In this document: piece after piece, positions 48,601 through 57,600 of the stretch
Position numbering within the stretch: position 1 is the first letter of the stretch
Layout: each line of letters begins with the position of its first letter
Assembly: GCA_041650795.1 (NCBI GenBank)
Contig: JBAZKK010000005.1
Span: forward strand, 1-57,861
DNA: 57,861 nucleotides
Source of the DNA: Candidatus Omnitrophota bacterium
Lineage (GTDB): Bacteria; Omnitrophota; Gorgyraeia; Gygaellales; Profunditerraquicolaceae
Direction: 5' to 3'
Notes under the pieces: model-generated
What the model was told of the DNA's origin: nothing
The model's database searches: none
The model's input: only the letters and a program-made list of their open reading frames with translations
Made by a program: the position numbers and the translations under genes

Positions 48601-51600
48601 AATAATTCTTAAAATAACCCAGCCGTCTTAGCTCACCAAGTAGTGCAACGGCGTCCTGAGATGTTATATCATTGATTACGGGGACATCACGGCTGGCGAT
48701 AACTACGTTAAAACCGGATTCCAAAAGGAAACTCGCCAACAACATCACCAACACTGTCTCTCCGGCGTTATCGGTCAATATAATCACCTTGGGCCTGGCT
48801 TCATCAAATATAAACCTAAAAGCGCCCAAAGAAACCATGGCCTTCAGCTTAACCGAGGCAAGTATCTCAAAAAATTCATCAAGCTGCTTTTTATACAGCC
48901 CCCGGCTGGCAACTTCTTCTATTTTCTGGATAAGCCAGGATTCTTCGTTAAATCCTGCCTCGGAAGCCTCTTTCTGGAAACGGGGATCCCCGAAATCCAT
49001 GGCATTGGCTGCGGCGCAGATTACGCAAATCCTCTCCAGCGCCCTGTAAAAAGTGGTCAGTTCGAATAGATAATCCGGCGACACCCCATCCCCCATCTCT
49101 TGCTTATATTCACTCCAAGCCTTCTGCACTGCCAAAGGAACCTGCCTTAACCCCGGGTATTCTATCTTTAATACATCAGTGTAGGCTCTTGCCATCTTGA
49201 TAAACTTACCTATACGGCCGGAAAGCGTAGCCTTCATCTTATCCTCTTCGGGTATGGGCCAATCTAAAACTCCGGCAAAGGTATTATAAATACGGGGGAA
49301 TATCTTAAGCGCGGCGGAGTTAGCGCGCTCCTTCTCCTCGCGATAGAAATCTCCAACTCCAAAGATATCCTGCCTTTTTAATTCGGCATCATAATACAAA
49401 ACAAAGGTGGGCTTTGCCGCGTAAAGCGGCTCGTAAATCTTGGCAAAGATGTCGGCGTAAAAACTGACTAAACGCCTGTAGAAAACAACTTGCCTATCCG
49501 TCCAATGCGTATCCTTAAAGTCCTCATATTGAATCAATAAAAGCGCCCGCAGGGCTCTATGCATATCCCGTTCAAGATCCCTGACCAGATTATCGCGCTG
49601 CTGATAGGTTTTAATCCTAGGCATCTTTTGTCGTAAGGACTCAAACCCGGCATTCAGTCCATTAAGCACCGACTTAACAACATCCTTTTGGGCCGCCAGC
49701 TGCGCAAAACTATCCTTAAATTCCTTATCCATCTGGCGGTCATTGCTTAACCCCAGAAGATTAGCGCGCACCTTCCGTAATTCCTCCAGCCCCCCCTCGG
49801 AAAAGGCGCTATCAACAAAGGCATCTTTATACTCTATCCTTAGCTCTTCCGGCAATTGTTCCCTGAATTCCTCAGGGGCAGTCCGCGCCATCTCAATATA
49901 GGCCTCAATAAACAAATCAACCACTGCCTGTTCCTTTGGCTCGAAGGACAGGTATATTTCCTTAAGAAAATATTTACGCACATTGCGCGGCAGAAACGTC
50001 AGGTGGCCGCTTGTTAAAATGTCCGCAAACCCCTTTACGCCTCCTGTGATCAAAGGCGTCCCCCAGAGACCCTTGCCTACATAGTTCTCTTTGGGGAAAA
50101 TATTTAAATCCAGCAGGAGATATTTCCCTGCCTCTTCGTACTCTATGATATTCCCGCTGAGGCAGAGCTCTTTTAAAGCTCTTTGCAGCCCGGATTGGGA
50201 TACTCTCCTTTTAAGATTCCACGGCATCTGGGCCGCTATTTCTTCAAGCGTTACTGCAACATTTTCCTGAAAGGTCTGGGCTAAAAATTCCAAAACCCTT
50301 TTCTTTAATTCTGCGCCTGGCACATCCGACCTGAAATATGGCGCCTCGCTTGATAAAGCCCCCGCCTCATCTTCACCTTCACGATGGGCCTGCTCATGCA
50401 AATCTAAAGCCCCGCGCGTAAACAATGATAGTTTGGATGGCGGGATAAAATATTTTGTATCTTGCCCGGAGGTAGTAGCTGTGGGAAGGAATAAGCTTAC
50501 AATCAAAGTAACAGTGAGTATCAACGGCGATAAAGGCAGGCCTAAAATATACCCGATATAATACGGAGGGGCACGGATGGAGCGGGAAGTCAGATACAGC
50601 GCTCTTTTGAACCAGGTTTCAGCGCCTACGCGCAAAAATCCAAAAGCCACCTTTGGTTGCGAGCAATGCCGCCGCGCCTCCCAAAGTTGCCTGACAGGAC
50701 GCGAGTGGTTAATGGCTTCGCTGCGCGGCAAAAGCCCCTTGGCGTCAAAAATATCTTCCAAGACATTAATAAGATTATCCGTGGCTCGTGGTAGAGTTGG
50801 ATCATAGAATACCACCAAATGTTTTTTTACAAGCCGCGCCGAAGTACCGCGGTTGCAGCGGATAACGACATTAATTTTTTCTATTCCTTTGTTATCGAGG
50901 TGCCCTTTGGCAGCCAAGGTTTCTATACAAGCGGCGGCTTTAGCCCACTCGCTGCTCAATGTCTTCCCGTCGGTGATTCCCTTGACGCTATAGAGGAACT
51001 GCTTGGGGGGACGGTTAAACTCAAGTATAAAAGCATTAATCATACCGGCCCCCTTAAGATTGTTTGCCAAAACGCGGTAGTTACCGTCAAGGACATAGTA
51101 AATATTCTTTATAGAAGGGTGCTTCAAAAGAACTATCGGGGCTTCCTGGATTTCCGCATCATTATTAACTATCCTGACTTTATTAAATTCGAATGAATTC
51201 CTTGTAGGCACAACACGGCTAACCGGTATTACGGTCTCTGTGATTTCTAACGACGCGCCAAACTTTTTCTCAAGCCTTGCTTTTTCAGCAGAAGCCCGCT
51301 GAAGGGAAAAATTCCTCATCAGCCATCTCTTTATATTCCTGGATAGCTTGCCAGGATAAAGGCTATCTACCTCATGCACAAAAATCTGGATATTGTCTAT
51401 CATAGCCGTTCCTAAGAAGCTGCTAAGCAGGTTGCGCACGGAAGGAAAATAGGGCGTGGTAATTACCATGGTCTTCCTTTCTCCTTCCGCATCTTTCTCC
51501 GCTAAAAATTTAATGCCTGCTGTTGATTTCCCCGCAACAAAGTTAATCTTTACGCTACCGATATTTTGATAGTCAGCATATAAAAAGAATAAACCCAGAG

Positions 51601-54600
51601 TTTCCGCTAGCTCCGGAGATTTAAGCGATAGCTGTTTCCTAATCGAAGCTGCGTCAACAGCGGCAATATGTTCAAGATTAATCCTAATCTCCTGATTTCT
51701 TATCCCTAGCATTCTCAAAATAGAATCGGCATTCTCCAGTCCGTTTACCAAATAGTGCACTTCGGACTCTAATGTGGCATCAAGATTATCCATAGCCCCC
51801 AAGCTTACCGCCACCACGCAAATTCCGGCTATGCGCCCTGCTGTTTCAGCCGAATCTTCAAAATGGATTAGCTGTTCCGGTCTGGTATTTAATTCGCGCA
51901 TAATCTTGCGCATTGCCCCGGCCTTGCTTAAATACTCCTCCGGCACGCCGCTTCTTATTGCAAGGGACATTATCTCTTCTGGATAAATAGCGTAAATATG
52001 CCTCTCTCCTATAAACTCTAACAGTCCTCTTCTGCGCAATTCATCAATTAATAAATCCTTCTCGCCATCGCTTACCACAAAAATCTCCACTCCTGCGCTT
52101 CTTAATGACGAAAGGATAGCCTTAGTTTGCAACAGGTAGCTATCATTTAATATTATGCTCCCGTCAAAAGACGCTGCCTTTAAATCTCTCAACTGGGGAT
52201 TTAAGGATACTGCCCCTCTTAAACTCAATTCTCTTTTGACCCTAGAGGTCTCCGGTTTTATATCCGGCTCGCGCCCTATGATTTTCCTTACGGCGTAATT
52301 AACCAAAGGCCCCACGGATACCTGCTGCTGGGCAGGGAAACCGTCTGGCAACTCTACGGATTTTGTGGAAAGGAGGAGCCGGGGAGGCATCAGCTCGCGC
52401 TCCTTATCTATGTATTTCAGCGTTGGCTCTATCCTCTTCCTTTTTTCTATAGCCGCCAGTATTTCCTTTTCGCTGCGGCCGGTATTGAATACTTTTAGGC
52501 CGTGGGAGAACTTCCCGTGCACTACCCCGGTCAGGATCCTATGCCAGAAAACCCCTACTTTTCTTACCAAGGCATAGGTTGCAGCCATTATTGTCCCGCC
52601 GGAGGAGGTTTCATCGTCAATCACAAAAACCCAACAGTCTCTCACGGGCCTTCCTGCGACCAGTTTGATTTTACGGCCGTCTTTATCTAAGATAAAACCT
52701 GGTATCACGACAGTGGTAGAAGTGGTCCTTACCTTATCCATATAACCGCAATAAACCCTTAAACTGACGCCGTAATTATATTCTACGTACCCCTCCAGCA
52801 CAGCGGCTGCCTCGCATATATACTTGTAGGCCCCGTCATCGGGGGCAACCAATAACAGAGGGTGCTTCTTGAACTCTTCCTCCAGGCGCTCCGGCCTTAC
52901 CCATCTTATTAACTTCTCGAAAAGGCTTTCGGCAATCTGCACGAACGCATTGAGGTTATATATCTTATAAGGATATCCGTCTAGGCCGGTATAACCGCTT
53001 TCTTTCCCATAATGGATGTTTAAAACAAAATAATTATCCACCAGGTTGTCTATGCTTTTTAACATCACAGCAGCGCTTACGCCCTGCCCCGGCCGGAATA
53101 TTTTGTCCTGCCTGGAATAAGCCGCGTAGAGATTGATGAGCGATATGCTGCCCACCCCTGCCCGGCGAAGAGCAGAAAGCATGAGCCACAATTCCGCAAT
53201 ATCAACGCTATTTTCAGTGCTATGCAATAGAACTACATTCTTACCCTTTATGCCATCTGGCAAAGATATCTCCCAGTCCAAAGGGTTTGTTTTATTCTTT
53301 ATAATATTGGCCCTTTCAGCGCTTATATTGATTTCTCCTGCCGCTTCTTTAGCATCATCCTCTAGCCGTTCATGTTGATAAAGAACCTTATCTATCCATA
53401 TCGGGAACTCCTTCTTATCTAAAAGCGGCTGGGGACTGGCATCCCAATCTTTGAGTACGCCGTTTTTCTCGTAACCCACGCTATCGCTAAAACTACGCAA
53501 GAAATCCCCCAGGCCATTGCTAAAGGAACTGCCCGGCCTGTTCGTTATCAACCGGATAGTCTTGGCCTTGTAACTCCGCAAGAGCTCCAAAGTCAATATC
53601 ACCCTCACTAAATCATCCGGTGACCCGATATTATGCCTTAGGTTCACATTTGCCCGTTTTACAGTATAAGGATTTAAAATTACAGGGCCCCATTCTCCAT
53701 CCGGGAAACGAGTAAATTCTATGCCTATGGACGAACCCTCATCAGTTTGTGCTATGATTACCTCTGTCCCTATTGTTCTTTCTGAAGCCAGATAACCGAT
53801 AAATTCCTCCTCTACTTTAAGGTTCTCTTTATGGTTTAATCCCTGAACCGCTCCCAATTCATGCAATACGGTTAAACTTAACTGGGTAGGGTCTGTCAGG
53901 ATAGTGTTGTCAAGATATAAGGCGCCTTTATAAAAAGCCCCGTAAATTAACTTAAAGGGAGCGAAATGTATTTTATTGCGTTCTGACAAAATCCTGTCTA
54001 AATCCCTTACCCAGTCCTGGCGGCCGCTATCATTTAAGAAGTCGCGAGCCGGCTTGCAAAAATCCCTCAGTTTAAGATGCTGGGAATCGCTGCATACGCT
54101 GGAGTTGTCCTGGTTTTTCCTTAGCTCCTCTTCAATCTGTTCTTCGCTTAAAGATGCGCCGGATTTGGACCGCGCGAAATCATGCTTACCCAATGTTGCG
54201 ACTACCCATCCGACGCTCGCCCCCCAGGGGGATTGGAAAAATGTATCGCGAGGCAAGCCAAAGGGGTCAATTTTATTTTCCCAAGAGGTAAACAATTCCA
54301 CGTTCGCTTTCGGCAATGAATGCTTTAGGGCCTCCTTCATTACTACCAGGCGCGTGATAGCTTCATAGTCATCACCGTTATATATGGACGGCGCGAAATA
54401 AATCCTCCCATTGGGTTTTACCTGCTTCGCCAAAGAGGCAGCGTGGCTCCTCATTTCATTAGGATAGATTAAAAGATTCATTGAAATAACAACATCGGCA
54501 GGCCCTAATTCCTCTTTATTGGCGTCCGCAAATACAAAAACAAGATTGGAGAGCTTCCTTTTCCTCTCTGCCTCTATTATCGCGGCAACATCATAATCTA

Positions 54601-57600
54601 CACCGACCACAACTGCCGAGCTATCCTGCTTTTGATAGTATTTTGCCATATTGCCGGCAGCCTCTGCGAATTGGCAACCGACATCTAAAACGCGCAAACC
54701 TTTTCCTTTGGGCCAGGGGTTAAGCCTGGCTCTTTTGACTGCTATTTCAATCTCGCTCCTTGTTTCAGGATGCTGCTTGGCAATCTCAGCAAATACCATC
54801 CTTACAATAATGCTGCGCACTAATATTGAACTATCTCCTGAAAGAGACTTAATCAACGCCTGACGTATCTCTTGCTGCTTCAACTTGTAAACTTCCCCTA
54901 AAAGCAATGCTGCCTTGGCGCGCATCCAGGGCCTGTTATCTTTTTGCAATATCCTTATTAAAAACTGGATTCCTTCTATGCCGGCATCGCGGATCTCCTG
55001 GACTATCGCTTCATCTCTGGCATGATTAACAGTCCGGCTCGTACCTTCCCCTTCTATCTTAAGGTATTCTTCAACTGGAAAATCCCGGCGGTCAAGTCCG
55101 GACATTACAAATAGAGCGGCCCCGGCCACCCCTAACATTTGTTTCCCCACCAGCCACGGAGAGGTCAAAGCAAAGAGGGCGAGACCGAGGCCAAATCCAA
55201 TCATCACGGCGGTTTTAATCTCAGGGATACGAGGGGTCCTAGTGAGGTCTCCCGGGGAAGTCGTCCGGGCACCAGGACCCACATCGCATCCTGAGTTCGG
55301 TACTAAAGCGGCCTCGGCTAATCCTGTTTTTGCTTGACCCTCACCAGCCACGGAGAGTTGGGTAAGCCAGGTTAAACCGAGGCCAATTAAAGAAACCGCT
55401 TTCTCTTTGGCAAAATAAAAAATAGCTTTGATTTTGCAGTAACCTAAACCATTTAAATATTCCTCTTCTAATTTAATCTTAGAAAAAACAACTGCTTTTA
55501 ATAATTGACTCAACTCTTCCGGATGGTTCTTAAAATACTCATAGCTTTCCTGGCAGGCGAGTTGGTGGGAGTTGGTTTCTAATTCTTCGGTTTCGTGGCG
55601 GATGATGTCATTAATTAATGCCTGGAAGTCTTGGGAAAACGGCTCATTCAGGTTAAACGGCGGGGCGCGGGAAGCCAGTCCGCTTAGCACCGCTACCTTA
55701 CCAGAGATGGTCTTGACATCGGCGATCTTGCCGGTTAGGGTCTCATCTACGAATACTACTTCGTTGTTTCCAAAATACCGCTTGAGGTTCTCCAGTTGCT
55801 CTATGGTAGGTTTAATTAACTCCCCTGCGAGGCGAGCGGGGTAGGTTTGCCTTTCTAAATCCGAAGGTAAAATAGAGAAATCGGGACTAACTGACTCATC
55901 GACCTGGGCCATACTTTTCTCTGGTAATTGCGTTGCGGCTTTCTCCATTTTCTCATGGAGAACAGCAAGGCTGTGACTAGCTTTTTTATCGTTTGGCTTC
56001 ACTTCAAGCGCTTGTTGATAATAGGATTCTGCCTTACCATATTCACCTAATACCTCGCAGAGGAAACCAAGATTATAATATGCCCTCATATCTTTGGGAT
56101 CAGAGGCTAAGGCCTCCTCATATAGGGCTCTTGCTTCTTCGTATCTTTCTAATTTATAGCAAAGGACGCCGAGGTTATTAAGCGTCCTGGTATTTTTAGG
56201 CCCGGACTCAAGTGCCTTCCGATAATAATCCTCTGCCTCTGAGTATTTATCTGACTTCTCCCTGAAAACTCCTAAATTATTAAGTGTCACTGTGTCATCG
56301 GAGTTAACTTGCAGCGCTTTTAGGTAATAAGCTTCTGCCTCCTGGCAATTACCTAATTTTTCAGAAATGATACCGAGGTTATTCAGAGTTACAACATCAT
56401 CAGGAGCAAGCTCAAGGGCTTTTAGATATTGCTCTTTTGCCTGTGGGTAGTTGTGAATTTTTTCGTAAAGGCGGCCGAGATTATCGTAGACTTTAGGATC
56501 TCTGGAATTAGTCTCAACTGACTTTTTGTAACAATCTTCTGCTTCGTCATATTTGCCCAATTTCTCAGAGACAAAAGCGAGATTTCCGAAGATAATCGGG
56601 GTTAAGCCATAATCGCTAGTTATCTGTAACCGCTCATAAAGAAGCGCAAGGCATTCATCAGGTGCCACGGGATTCCCTTTATAAAGATTTTCTCTTGCCT
56701 TAGCTAATTTTTCGTCTGGGACCTGATGCAGCAGGCTTAAAACAAGATAAGCTCCCCGGCGCTGGTAACACTCTCTGACTCTTATTTTTTCAATTCTCCG
56801 TAAAGCGAAATCAATAAATATGGCCTCATCGTTGGAAATCCAAAGCTCTATAAGGGCGCGCCCGGATGCCGAAACGCCGTAAACACCGTAACCTAACAGG
56901 CTAAATAGGATATAAGTAAGCTGTGGGAGGGCGGCGTATGAAAAAATTCTTTTTTCAAATGACCTTCTTCTCCCAAAGCTGATTCTTGAATCTTCCAAAG
57001 CTGTAATTACATCCGCTGCGCTATCTCCAAGGCCGCTAACCAAAATTCTAAGAAGTGGATGGACGCGGGAATTGCTGTTTATCCCCTGCATTTCAAGGAA
57101 ATTCCTCATTTTTCTTATGAAGCTCATTAAACTATCGGCATCTTTCCTGGAAGGCGCCTCTTTCCGGAATTCATCGAAACTCCCGCTTTTGAATATACTC
57201 CAGAATTCCGCTGAAATCATTTCAATATTATTCAAAGGATAACCTAATTGCTCAAGTATCTCCTTTAGCCTATCATTAAGTTCAGGTGCTACAGGGACAC
57301 CGGTAGTCTGTCCGTAAGCAGAGGGTTGAATACTTATCCCTGCTTGAAACGCAAAGATCTCCCCTTCAGATAACTCAGGATTATCTTTATGGAAATTCTC
57401 GTGTCTGTAGATAAAATCTATGAAGCCCGATATTTCATTATTGCTAAAGCCGCGGCCTTTTAGCAATTTTCCTGTTTTACTCTCATTTAATCCACCGAAT
57501 ATATTACTTAAGGCAGACGCAAATTCTATCTTTTCTGTTGAAGGGTTGTAGTGGGCGACTTCAACAGGAGGACCTTTAATCTTCCCTGAAACACTAAGCC

